From Octopus vulgaris (Eukaryota), in the NCBI GenBank assembly GCA_951406725.2, contig OX597817.1, positions 136,896,001 to 136,960,000 on the forward strand: 64,000 nt of DNA, given 5' to 3'. A program made the position numbers and the translations under genes. A model generated the notes under the pieces. It saw nothing but the letters and a program-made list of their open reading frames with translations, ran no database searches and had not been told where the DNA came from. Shown here piece by piece: positions 25,390 through 37,660 of this stretch (position 1 is its first letter; the number at the start of each line of letters is the position of its first letter).

Positions 25390-26340
25390 TTTTGCCGACA
25401 TAACATGGCAGTCCTGGTTTAGGATGAATGTTGCTGTAATTTAGCCCCAGGAGATATCATCTCCAGCTGACTATACAACACGATCTGTGTCCTTATATTT
25501 TCAAACAAGGGAATCTAGCACCCTCACCCAGCTCAAAACAATATCTGTGTATCGTGATTCCGGGTTATTTCCCTTCATCAGCACAGAATAATGGTTCAAC
25601 TAGAGGTGTTTACCAACATAACATGGCAGTCCTGGTTTAGGACGAATGTTGCTGTAATTTAGCCCCAGGAGACATCATCTCCAGCTGGCTATATGACATG
25701 ATCTATGTCCTTATGTGATGTGTTGACAAACAATCTTTACTACAAAGTACTGTTGCTGAATATCTCATGTTGTGAGATTTAAAAATAGTAATTATCACAA
25801 TAGTTCTAATCAAACTTGTTTCAAAAATTAACAATTTACTCAATGAGATAAATAAACTTATAAAGATTCATAAAGATAATGAAACTGAATTAAAAACTGA
25901 TTAAATTAATCATAGCAATAAATCTACTGAGTGAAGCCCCTTTTGTCACCGTCTTCAAAGTAGAATTCACTCCCAACACATATCCATGTAACAGTGCTCA
26001 ATATACACCCCCCACCCCATCCTCCCTCAAACTGCATAATATCTCTGATAAATGCCTACAAGAATAGCTAACAATTAGAGATTATCATCATCACACAAGA
26101 CACAGCAGAGAGAAATGGTTCACTGTCAGCTGAAGAGGTGAAAGGACCCTGAGAGCTTAAAAAAGAGATGATGTTTTCACTTTTGATGTAGGAAGTCTGT
26201 TTACTAATATTCGAATGGCAGAAATAATACAAGCCATATTAAACAACAGACTATAACTAATTTTGATATCAGTTGATGTTCTGAAGAAAAGATTGTGTAA
26301 TGTACAACAGAATTATCTTTTGCTGTCCCTAAGGTAAATG
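25390..26340. mobile_element. Penelope-like element relic: tandem partial terminal repeats (25393-25590, 25609-25715) plus a decayed RT fragment
   Basis: Direct repeat ACATAACATGGCAGTCCTGGTTTAGG occurs twice and is the same family as 57577-57971. The + frame from 26182 reads FDVGSLFTNI, resembling the Penelope-type RT motif SFDVxSLFTNIP. Confidence 0.7.
25544..25587 (-). ncRNA. Hammerhead-like motif with GGAA in place of GAAA
   Basis: Minus strand reads TCTGTG CTGATGA A GGG-aaataa-CCC GGAA TCACGA T A CACAGA: 6-bp stem I, 3-bp stem II, helix III ATC/GAT and a UH triplet. Confidence 0.6.
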
Positions 26341-27466
26341 GTTCACTTCACATCACAGTATTCTTTGAGACTACAACAAAATTGTGGTGACAAGACAAAA
26401 GTACAAAATATACACCAGATCAATCTATTCTTGTATTGATATACCCCAAAGATATCTATTCTAAGCCTCTTATTTCCCCATCATTTCTTTTATTCATCAT
26501 ACCCTCCATAACTAAGAGGACAGTACTTGATTTGTACACATTGAATATCTCCTGCTCCCAAACTCTCTCACTCTCTTTTCTCTTTCCTCCTAAATTTTGC
26601 TGCTTCACTGGGATGGGATGATGGCTTCTGGCAACTTTTACACACCCTCCAAGGTTCTCTTGGATATGCTGCCTTAGCCCCACTCTGCCCACCCATATAT
26701 AACACGGGGCACTACTGAATCTTCTCCAACTTCACCCCATCTCCCTCACCATCCTATAAACCCTCCCCACCTCCCATGCTATCCATGAGAGATTGGAGCC
26801 AGAAGTGCTCCTCCAACTTCTCAAATCCCATTAACTCATCCTACAAATGTCAGCATAGAAAACAGATGTAAAATGATGACGATAATGGTGATGATGTTGT
26901 ATGCACACTCTATACATGTCTGAGTATATGTACACACTGTTATCCTCCTCCTACTCATCCTCATCATCACTTAACATTGGTCCTCCATCCTGCCATGGGT
27001 TCGATGGTTTGATGGCATCCAACAAGCTGCAGGGCGTGTCATGCTTCAGTGTGTGCTTCAGCACAGTCTCTACTTCTGGATGCCCTTCTGAATACCAACC
27101 CCTACTTTTTTCTTCTTTCATGGTATAAGCCCTAGTGAGGTAACCAAGTAACTTCCAAGACAAGGCCCCCCCCCCCCCATCAACTGAGTTAAGGTACAGT
27201 AGAGAGGAAGGTTGCTTTATGCCTGGTGTTGAGAGACTAAAGTATGAAGGAGGGACAGGAAGAGGTTACTTTTCATTGTATATGGGGGTAGGAGTAGCTA
27301 GGTTGGAGCTGGAAAGAAATAAAGAGGATATTGCTACACTACATTCTCCGTTGTACAACTGTTTCTCATCCTGTTGTATTGCTTCCATTGCCTCACTGCA
27401 ACACCCTGTCTGACTCCTTCCATCACACCTTCTATGATGAGTTTCTGTCTTTTCTCACACTTTCAG

Positions 27467-27568
27467 GCCATCATAGAATCTCCACATCGACAATTAACAT
27501 TGAGTGAAATCTATCAGTGGTTCGCAAACACATTTGCTTATTTCCGGCGGAATGAAGCTACGTGGAAG
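27467..27568 (+). CDS. FoxP: FoxP forkhead exon 2 ([34 protein letters not shown])
   Basis: Acceptor ctttcag| at 27466, donor AAG|gtaaat at 27569. 102 nt, phase 0-0, covering forkhead helices 1-2 and the FoxP hinge FAYF. Confidence 0.97.
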
Positions 27569-28849
27569 GTAAATATACAAGATTTTCCTCAACATCAACA
27601 AAATTTAATATATGTTGTTGTTGTTATCAAAATTAATGTTTCTGTTAATTTTTCAATGTAATTTAAAAACACTTCAGTGAACTGAATGCTTCTCTTTTCT
27701 TCCTCTGGCTTCTCAAATATCAATCAATGTATCCTTTGTATTAGAGTTTATTTCTCTTTGCTTAATGAATTGTTTGCCTTCAAATTCAACATTCTAAACC
27801 ACATGTTGCTCCACCAGCTTTATTTTGACTTAAATATTTATTGCAGTTTTCAGTAATACATAATGCTGTGTAATTTTTGTTTTCAATATTGAAAGATGTT
27901 CGTATTCTGAAGAGTAGCTCACTGTTTATGTCATTAATGTTAGTTTAGTTTTAACTCTTTCTTTTCATATCAATCTAATGACAGACTCACCTGTAGATCA
28001 AACACATTCTTTGGGATTCTAGTTTTGAGTGGGGGTTAAGTATTATAGAGTGTTTAAAATGTAGCTAAAAAAAATTCCATAATTTAGCAACAAGATGGAA
28101 TTAATATCAAGTCAAATCTAGAAATTAGCAACAGGATATGTCCAAAAATTAGCAACCACATGGATTAAATTAGCCTATAAATTTAGTAGCAAGATATGTT
28201 CCGAAATTAGCAGCAAAATGTTTATGAATTAGCAACAAAATAAGTCAGTAAATTTAGCAACAAATGTATGTAAACTAGCTTTGAATGTTGGAAATATTTC
28301 ATTTGTGTTGCTAATGGCTTCATGAAGAGCATGAACGTGAAAACTTCCCTATTTCTGCTGTCTTTGAAATAAGAAAAGCCATCATTCTTTCAGATATCAA
28401 GTGTGTGTTTGTATGCTCATCATCATAATTTAACATCCACATTCCATGTTAGTGTGGGTTGGACAGTTTGACAGTTCCGCAATCTAAGTTGAACTCCATT
28501 GTCTACTTTGGCCTGTGTTCTACTGCTGGATGTCCTTCCTAATGTCAACTACTCCTCTGCTGTGTGTACTGGGTGCTTTTGTCTTTTTTTTTTTCATGGC
28601 TCCAGCTCTAGGGAAGTTGCCATTTAGCTTACAAGACTAAGATCCTTTTTGACTGAGAAGGGTTACAATAGAGAGGGAGGTGGCTTTATGCTCTGTGATG
28701 AAAGGTTGAAATTTGAGAAAAACTTGAGTAGGCTTCTTAATGTAGAAGAGCTGCTTGTCTATTCACATTATAAGAGGGAAGGTGAGAGTGGCTGGGGTGG
28801 AGTTGGAGAGAGAGGATGTGTCAAGGAGATACAATGTAAGGTAGAAATG

Positions 28850-29520
28850 CATGTCATTTAGTCTGTTCGTGATCTCATTACACCATTTGTGTGTCTATAG
28901 CTTACACTGGGTATAACAAAAGGAGCTTATATCCACCCCTTTTTTGTGTATTGAATAAAACCATCTTCCAGGTGATACAGAATCCTATCTTTGTTTCTAT
29001 TTAGTCTTTGCTAAGCTTGTCTTGAGGCCTCTCAGTTCTAGGTTCAGCTTTTTTATTGCATATCAAGCAGGGCCCCTTTCCAGAAAGCAAGGGACTCTCT
29101 TATCCTCTTTCCTTTCAATGTTTGTCTTGACTCATAAGATCTCACAAGTCTAAGTTTTGTTTCCATTTTTGGAATATCTTTTTCTGATTCTTTGGCAGAT
29201 TTTGCTATAGGTATTATGTTACTAACAAACAAGTTCTGGACAGCATATTGTAGAGCAGGTAACTGAAATAGGCACGAGGAGGCTAAGGGCTGATCCCTGT
29301 AAAGTAAATTCCTTGCTGAACTTATTGGATAACTGTCATCCTGTCAGCAACTTTGTACACATTATTCATGACTGTCACATCTAAACCTTATTCTTTTAGT
29401 GACTATGAGACTACAGAGTGTGGTATTCTGTTAAAGACCTTCTCTAGGTCCACAAAATTCAAGGTATAGTAACTTGCACTTTGCTAAGAACTCCTGTACT
29501 CAACCCACATCACCCAACTA
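28850..29520 (-). mobile_element. Degenerate RTE-clade LINE RT fragment; an endonuclease-like relic lies at ~30340-30600
   Basis: Minus-strand fragments DLEKVFNRIP and QGSALSLL; TRLLEFCDVN in ORF 30415-30651. Confidence 0.6.
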
Positions 29521-32500
29521 CTCCAGTATCTTTTCAATCTCTCTAGACTTACCTTTCATTGTGTCAATGTTGATAATGTCAGCTCTTCTCTGACAGGGTG
29601 ACTCGAGTTTCCGATGGTTTTGGGTTGTTTGATGTTTATTTTCAGGATCTGAAAGGAAGAGAGATGATGCAGTTATTTGACTATGTTGAAGGGGTCTCAC
29701 ACTTGGCCTAATGTGTGAGACCCCTTGGCCTAATGTTTCCAGCCAGCTGTCTGTGTAGTACTGATATGGTAGGTGTTAGCCCACCTCACAGCATTGACTA
29801 AATATATTTTGTCACCCTCCTCCATCACCATCCCTCAGTTGTTGTGACAGATCACACTGCTACATGTGTTTGTGTGCATGTGCTCATTATTCTCAACATC
29901 TGAGGGGTAAATGTATCACTCTCATTTCAAATGCCCCTCCCACCTACCATCAAATGCTCTGATTGTCACTGACTCACTCAGCTACTTTGCAATCCAGAAC
30001 ACTTCACACCTTTCAACCCCCTAATTACAAAACATTGGTAAACTTGTTGCTTTTCACTCCTCTCCGTCTGTTCTGTATAATAAACCTGACGTCTAGCTTC
30101 TCTTATAACTATTTAACATTGTTCACAGTTGCTTCGATTCTTCCTGTCCTTTTAGGTTTGTCTTTCAGATTCTGTGGCTCTCTTTACAGTCAGATTCCAC
30201 TCTCGTGTTACCTCCTCCATGTTTATAAGTCTCTAACTTCTCCTCCCTCTCATTTTACCTAAACTCTTATGGAACCTACACTTAACTGAGGGATCTTTTA
30301 GCTTCCCTATCTTTCATTTTCTGATTGTCTTGTGGTTCTCAGTCTGTCTGCGGTTGATGCTCATTATTCTATGCAGAGTGATATTAAATCCTTCTCCCAG
30401 GAAAGACTTAGTATTCACAACCAGTTCATTCCTTTCTTCGTGAAAATAAAGTCTTTCTGGTTCATGTGGTCACCTGGTTGGTGAGAAATCAGATGACTTG
30501 TTGGAGGAGGGTCTTCTTCATTTACATCACAGAATTCCAGAAGCCTTGTTTCCACCTCATTCTTCATAGTCATTACATATTTTAGAGTGACCATTATAGT
30601 GTTGCCAGCACCCTCCCCCACTCCCTCATATACTTGCACACACACACCCATGTTTCAATTTCTTAGTCCTCAGAAATCATATTTTATCCTTCCCTTAATA
30701 TGTAAATAATTTATTCTTAATTTCTTGAAATTATCTCCCTTCCTCCTTCAAAGTCACTAACTATTGCATTTAATTTGTATTTTCTATTTTCCCACTTCAA
30801 AGGAAATTTCTAAAAATTCAATATTTACTGTGTCATTCACTACTCCATCTTTTAACTTAATTATACATTTCCTCCTATTGTTCTCCTCAGCTATTTACCT
30901 TAGCTCTAGGTATTTTTTTTTTTCCCATATGCAAATTACTCTCGATCACTGCCATCAAATTGATACTGTGCTATAATTGTTACAAAAATTAACATTTAAA
31001 ACAGTAATAATTAATTTCACAATTTATGCAGATTTGATGCTAAGTTCCTGACCACATCACTAACTCACAATTCCACTCTCAGGGTCCCATATAAATATAC
31101 AGTACCCTTTAGAGATATGCAGTGTACTGCACAGGTACACTGTCATATTTAATTGAACTTCCCTGAAGTTTATGGCCCTTTTTCTTTATCCACCTAAAAT
31201 TAATGGATATATAGTTCTGAGCCACATAAAGCACACCCAGTACATTCTATAAAATGGTTGGTATTTGGAAGGGCGTCCAGCCATAGAAACCGAGTCAAAT
31301 CAGGCTGGAACTTCGTGCAGCTCTCCTGCTTGCCAACTCATGTTGAACCATCCTACCCATGCCAGCATGAAACACAGATGTTTAATGATGATGATGATGA
31401 TGATGGTATAGTCTTGTTATGTCTAGTGTCAGTTTATGTGTTGTTACACTAATTGTTTCAATGGTTAAATAAGAGGAAGAATAGCCCTATTTATAGCTCT
31501 CTTTTGTAGAATCTCCAAAATTGGTGTGGCGGGAAATGAAATTCCTCAAAGACCAGAAATATGAGTGAATGCTCGTAACAGAGCAGATACCCCTAAAGAT
31601 AGTCTAGGTCCATCTGGTGATGTTAATCTGAGCAATAGATTAAATCTTCTGACCAAGAACCACGAGACTCAGGCTTCCACACAGTTTCCATCTGTGGAAT
31701 TTCACTCAACAAAGCTTTGGTTGATCTAAAGTTGTGATAGAAGATACTTGCTTAAGAAGGGACATTATGAGATTGAACCCAAAACCATTAGGTTGTAAAG
31801 TGAACTATTCAACCACACAACCACCAGTGCTGGAGCCACTCTGTGAAGTCGTTGGCATTAGGAAGGGTGTCCAGCCATAGAAATTATGCCAAAACAGACA
31901 ATTGAAGCCTGGTGTAGTTCTTTGGCTGTCCAGCTCCTGCCAAACCATCTTAACCCATACAAGCATGGAAAATGGCTGCTAAATGATGATGATGATGATG
32001 ATGATGAGTCAAGTCTGACTGTAAATATTTTGTTATGTAAACTTTCTAAATATTCGAAGAACATTCCAACTTTAATATTCTTTAAAATGTTGAATCAATT
32101 TTCCAATTGGTTGGTTCTCTTTGATTCAACAACATTCTTTCATGTTTGTCCTTTATATCACATGTGGTATTACACATGTAGCAGTTGCCTTAAGCCACCA
32201 GTCATTGAATGGCTTTCCTTTTATACTTTGTTTGCAAGAAACCCTGCTGCTGCTGCTGTGTAAAGTGAATAAGACTTGTGAAGGAAAATTGGATTTTCAC
32301 AGACAGATGTAAGGATTATGATGTTGAAGAGATATTGGGTTAGAGAAACATTTAATCTTTGTTGACATGTGAAATTGATGTTAAAACAATAATAATGATA
32401 TCAACATAAAACACACACACACACACACACACATCATCATCATCATTGATGCAGTCAGAGGTGTGAAACGTTACTATTCCATATGTAAGCAGTTCTCCAT

Positions 32501-33329
32501 TGTAGGTACATTTGAATTTAATGCAGGGTTTAATATATAGTAATTAGCAATGTAAATTTATTTGCTGTCATTTTAGGGTGGTTGTGTGGGAGAGAGAAAT
32601 GACTAACTGATAGAGAGTGAATGACAAATGAAGTAAAATGAAAGTGAATGGAAGGATGAGGTGTTTTGTCATATTGCTCTGATGGCAAACTGTGAAAGAG
32701 AAAATTAAAATAGTGTTTAAAGCAGGACACAATCTTTATATAGTGATGAATAATGATAGAAAATATTAAAAAACTTTTTATGGAATTTACAATTTTTCTG
32801 TGAATATTGGGATAAAAGAATTACTGAAATAATAATAATTAGGTGTAAATCTTTCAATGTTAAGTTGTATTGTAATATTTTTATAGATTATAATATCATG
32901 ATGGTTAATTAAATTTTCATAACTAACATTAAACCAGTAAAAATATTTCAATTTTTGTAGCCCAAGTGTTTATGTGTTGTATACCTTTGCTATTAACTGT
33001 TTGCACACATGCATGCACATTTACAAATTATTGGTCTCAGACTTTCACCTAAGTTCTAAGTAATACTTTAGTAATAAAGTACAAAGTCTTTAGGGAAAAA
33101 ATTAATGGTTTCATCTGTCATTCTCTACAGTTAATAAAACTGCTGTCATTGTTTATGACGTGGATATACTAGGATTTATCACATATGTTGTTTTGTGTTT
33201 GGAATTGTGGTTAAAGAGACTCGGATTTGTGTGAATGTTAAATATCAGTCTATGATGTTCATCTCTTTACCAAAGTCATTTGTTGTCTAAAGAAAAATGG
33301 GTGAATCAGTTAACTATTGGGTTAACTAT

Positions 33330-34132
33330 TTTAATGTTGGATTTGTAGATTAAATATTGGATTAACCAGTTGAAGTTTGGATTTGTAGATTAAATATTGG
33401 ATTAACCAGTTTAATGTTGGATTTGTAGATTAAATATTGGATTAACCAGTTGAAGTTTGGATTTGTAGATTAAATATTGGATTAACCAGTTGAAGTTTGG
33501 ATTTGTAGATTAAATATTGGATTAACCAGTTTAATGTTGGATTTGTAGATTAAATATTGGATTAACCAGTTTAATGTTGGATTTGTAGATTAAATATTGG
33601 ATTAACCAGTTTAATGTTGGATTTGTAACCATTATTAAATATTGGATTAACCATTTAAGTTGGTGGATTAATATTGGATTAACCAGTTTAATGTTGGATT
33701 TATAGATTAAATATTGGATTAACCAGTTTAATGTTGAATTTGTAGATTAAATATTGGATTAACCAGTTTAATGTTGGATTTGTAGATTAAATATTGGATT
33801 AACCAGTTTAATGTTGGTTTGGATTAATTAACAGTTTAATGTTGGATTTGTGATTAAATATTGGATTAACCAATTTAAGTTTGGATTTGTAGATTAAATA
33901 TTGGATTAACCAATTTAATGTTGGATTTGTGGATTAGATTTGGATTAACCAGTTTAATGTTGGATTTATAGATTAAATATTGGATTAACCAGTTTAATGT
34001 TGAATTTGTAGATTAAATATTGGATTAACTAGTTTAATGTTGGATTTATAGATTAAATATTGGATTAACCAATTTAAGTTTGGATTTGTAGATTAAATAT
34101 TGGATTAACCAGTTTAATGTTGGATTTGTAGA
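33330..34132. repeat. Minisatellite, ~20 copies of the 40-bp unit TTGGATTTGTAGATTAAATATTGGATTAACCAGTTTAATG
   Basis: Directly visible tandem array. Each unit is two related 20-bp halves starting TTGGATT. Confidence 0.97.
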
Positions 34133-34472
34133 TAGAATATCCCAGTTTATGGTCATGAAGTGTTCTGCTGGAGTTTTCATAAGTCTTTGGATATAAAACA
34201 TATTTTCTCATTGCTCGCTTACCTCAGTCACCCATCTGTTAGAAATTAGTAATAGAACTAAAGTAGTTGTGGATTAATCTATAATCTGATTAAAGTAAGT
34301 GAAATTGGGATTCCAGTGATCCACAGGATCAGTGGATATTCTATGTCTAATAGATCTTATTTCTATTTTAATGCATAAATTTATATTTTTAATCAATGTT
34401 TGACTCTGTCCAACATTTTTATTTTGTCTTCACTTGTGTCCCATAGTTAAAGTTATTAAAGTGACATACAAC

Positions 34473-34505
<33 letters not shown>

Positions 34506-35508
34506 GTAATAATAATAATAATAGTAATAAAGATGGGTGGCCTTACAGATCACCTGGGTTTATACAGAAATCACCATCATCATCATCATCTGTGTACTGT
34601 CCATGCTGGTATCAAACAGGTGATTACTGTCTAAGCCAGATTCTATTAGGGGCTAACTGTCCTCCTAGACAGTTTGAGGATTATGTTTTGTTCAATCATT
34701 TTTAGCATAGTTCCCATAGCTGGGTGCCCTTCTTAAAAGCAACCCTTTTACAGAATGTATTCATCACATTTTACCATGGCACCAACACTAGAGAGAGAGT
34801 ATCTTGTTCCCAGCAAGACTAAAGAGTTCCCTCTTTTCTATCCTGTTTCCATTCATTTAAAGCAATGAAATGGAAATAGCTCAATATCATAAATTGAAAT
34901 GATTCACAGATTTATACCACAGGAAGCCTACATTGACTCAGTAAGTAAGCTCTCAATATTTTATGGAAGTGAAAAGGTAAGACATGGAAACTGTAAATTC
35001 CTATCTGAAATAGTTTGAAAATTTCTTCCCTCTGGTAATTAAGTTTAGATCCTGCTGGGGGTGTATTTAACCTTTCAGCATCCAAGAGATAATGAAATAA
35101 ATACCAGTGGAACACATTACGGTCCATTCAATCAAGAGAACCATATTATATAAATTTTTAGTTTGTGCGAAACGTAAATGTTTGTCACTTTGGTCCTAAT
35201 TATTATTAGTATTAATAACATTTATGATGCCTTACTCTATACAAGTGTTGGGTGGATGTGGAGTACAATATTGGGTGGAATAAGGGTACAACAGCAAGTG
35301 GAATAAATGATAATGGATTGAATCAGTATCCTTTATGCTGTTTATTCACATCATCCTGAGCCCAAAACTGATCCAAGTTAAATTCCTTTTCATCTTTTCC
35401 AAGTCCATAAAATGTCAAACCAGTTACATATTGCCCTTGATTGAAGCAACCCTAACCCTTCCCTCTGTCCTGGTTTCTAAAGTATTATTATTATTATTAT
35501 TATTATTG

Positions 35509-35690
35509 AAGGTGAAAAGTTGGCAGGCAATATACTTAGCAGCATTTCTTCTGGCCCTAAATTCTGAGGTTGACTTCGCCTTTCATCCTCTCAGGGTTGA
35601 TGAAATCAGTACCAGTTGGGCACTGGGGTCTATGTAATCGACTAGCCCCTGTTCCTAACATTTCAGGCCTTGTGTCTATAGTTGAAAGGA
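35509..35690 (+). mobile_element. SINE family A copy (further + strand fragments at ~39040-39225 and ~41270-41360)
   Basis: AATTCTGAGGTTGACTTCGCCTTTCATCCTCTCAGGGTTGATGAAATCAGTACCAG. Confidence 0.75.
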
Positions 35691-37189
35691 TTATTATTAT
35701 TGTTATTATTATTATTAATAATATTATTATTATTATTATTTTGTTGCTGTGTTGATCTTTCAACTGGTTCTGTTACAAACCTGTAATGTAAAATCTATCT
35801 CTTTAGAGATGTTGTTTATTGAAGCTGTCTGTTCAAATTTTAAAAACTAACAAATCAATGTATTTTTTGTTGTGATTGATTTTTTTTTCTTTCTTTGTTT
35901 CAATGTTGTTTAATTAATTCCTCACCCATTGAATATTTATCCCTCTGTCCCTGACTGTGTATATTATATTTTGTATTTTACAGCACATTTAAAATCTCTT
36001 TCTTTCTTTCTCTCTCTCCTCTCTCACTCTCTATTATCTTTCTTCACACACTCACACACAAATCTATACATGTGTTTTTCTCTTAAATGTCTCCCTTCGC
36101 AAACATTGTTTCTCTTCCCTAAATATGTTTCGGTTTATGTCTATTGCAATATTAATGAATTTCTTTCAGATTTATAATTTATAACAATTTTTATTCTTGT
36201 TGCTTATTTCAAAATATATTTTTTTTCCTAAAGTGGGATTGGGAAATCCTATTAAGTCGGTTTATAAAATCATAAGTTGTTTGGATTTTTAAAAAAATCC
36301 GGTTATTGTTATCAAGTGGTCTTGAAGACTACAGGTTCTGTGTGATATCCCTGTAAATATAGTCCTAGTTTATTATTAGTGATGGTAGGCAGTGGCTACT
36401 GCTTTTATTTAGAGAGTATCTGTAGTTCTATCAGTGCTTCTCTTTCCTAGTGTCCTGCATACTGTAGTCAGAACTGCTTTTGCATGGACTAATTGGCAGC
36501 ATTACCACAGCCATGGGATCATGTTTACAAATCCAAAACTGGGATCAGTTTTTTTTTTTGTTTATTTGCGTAGTTTAATGTATTATCTTAGTAGTTCTGT
36601 GACAGACCTAGAAATGCACAGACTTCCATCAACTTTAAACTATTCATAAATCAGAACAACAAACATGTTACAGTAATATCGTATTTCAACACTTTTCCAT
36701 GTTCAATGTTTTGTCTATCAAACTCTGTTTTCTCTTCTCATAAAAATACAATATTGATTCAAAATTACTGAATAAGATATAAATGTTTGGTTTGTTGTGG
36801 AAGGGAAAACTTTTAGCATTTGAATTCTAGATTCATATAATGCTTCAGCTTTTTTTGGTCAGTAAATTTAAACTTGTTAGGTTTATGGATTTCTGAAGGG
36901 TTTTGATGGAATATTTCTATGTGGGATTTAAAACAAGGTAGGGTAGGTGCTTCATTAAGAACTGAGCTCTTCACAGTGCTTTCATAAATTTTTGAAACAC
37001 TTCAATATTTGCCCAGCAGTGATGCTGGTGGTCCCAAATGCCAACAGGACAAAGACACAAGTACTGCTCATACCAAGAACACACTATTATACCTGACCCT
37101 TTCTGAACATGAAAACTCACATCTGAAACCCCTCACCATTCACTACAAATGCTAAGATCTCCCAACAAGGCCAAAGAGTGTTTCACAGA

Positions 37190-37660
37190 GTTTGGACATT
37201 GTCTTCAGAGCTGTCAGAGGATGTTTCATTGTTCCGCTAATGACTAAATTCTCTGCAACCTCAGGTGATAACCCCAACAGAGTCCTGCTCTTTTATCTGG
37301 ATTGGTGCTGCTACGAGACACAGAGACATCCTAGACTGCTGCTAAAGAAAGCCCTCCAAGCTAATTACAATGGAGCCACTTTCCATCCTTTGACATACAG
37401 ACATGCTGTATCTGCTCCCCCCTACCTTTTCTACCACTACTATCGTGGCCTCTGCTCCTTAGAGTAGGTTGATATTATCCTGCTTCAAGTCACGTAATCC
37501 GGATTTAGTCTCTTCTTCTCATCACCCATACTCTCTCCACCCCACTCACATCGATTACTTTACCCACTCTTTCTTCTCTAGAATGTCCCCCCTCTGAAAT
37601 TCCTTCTGTGTCCAACATTTTCTGGAGTCATCAACTTTCAGTTGTTCAGTAAAAAGTTAA
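37190..37660 (+). mobile_element. Decayed CR1/Jockey-group LINE 3' fragment
   Basis: ORF 37192-37467 ends HPLTYRHAVSAPPYLFYHYYRGLCSLE, resembling the L..RR.V....LFYRYY.G.CS.EL tail of these LINEs. Confidence 0.55.

Noticed and set aside
33330-34132. Regular array resembling a CRISPR locus
   Set aside because: Units are contiguous with no unique spacers, there are no cas genes, and the context is a eukaryotic intron. It is a minisatellite.
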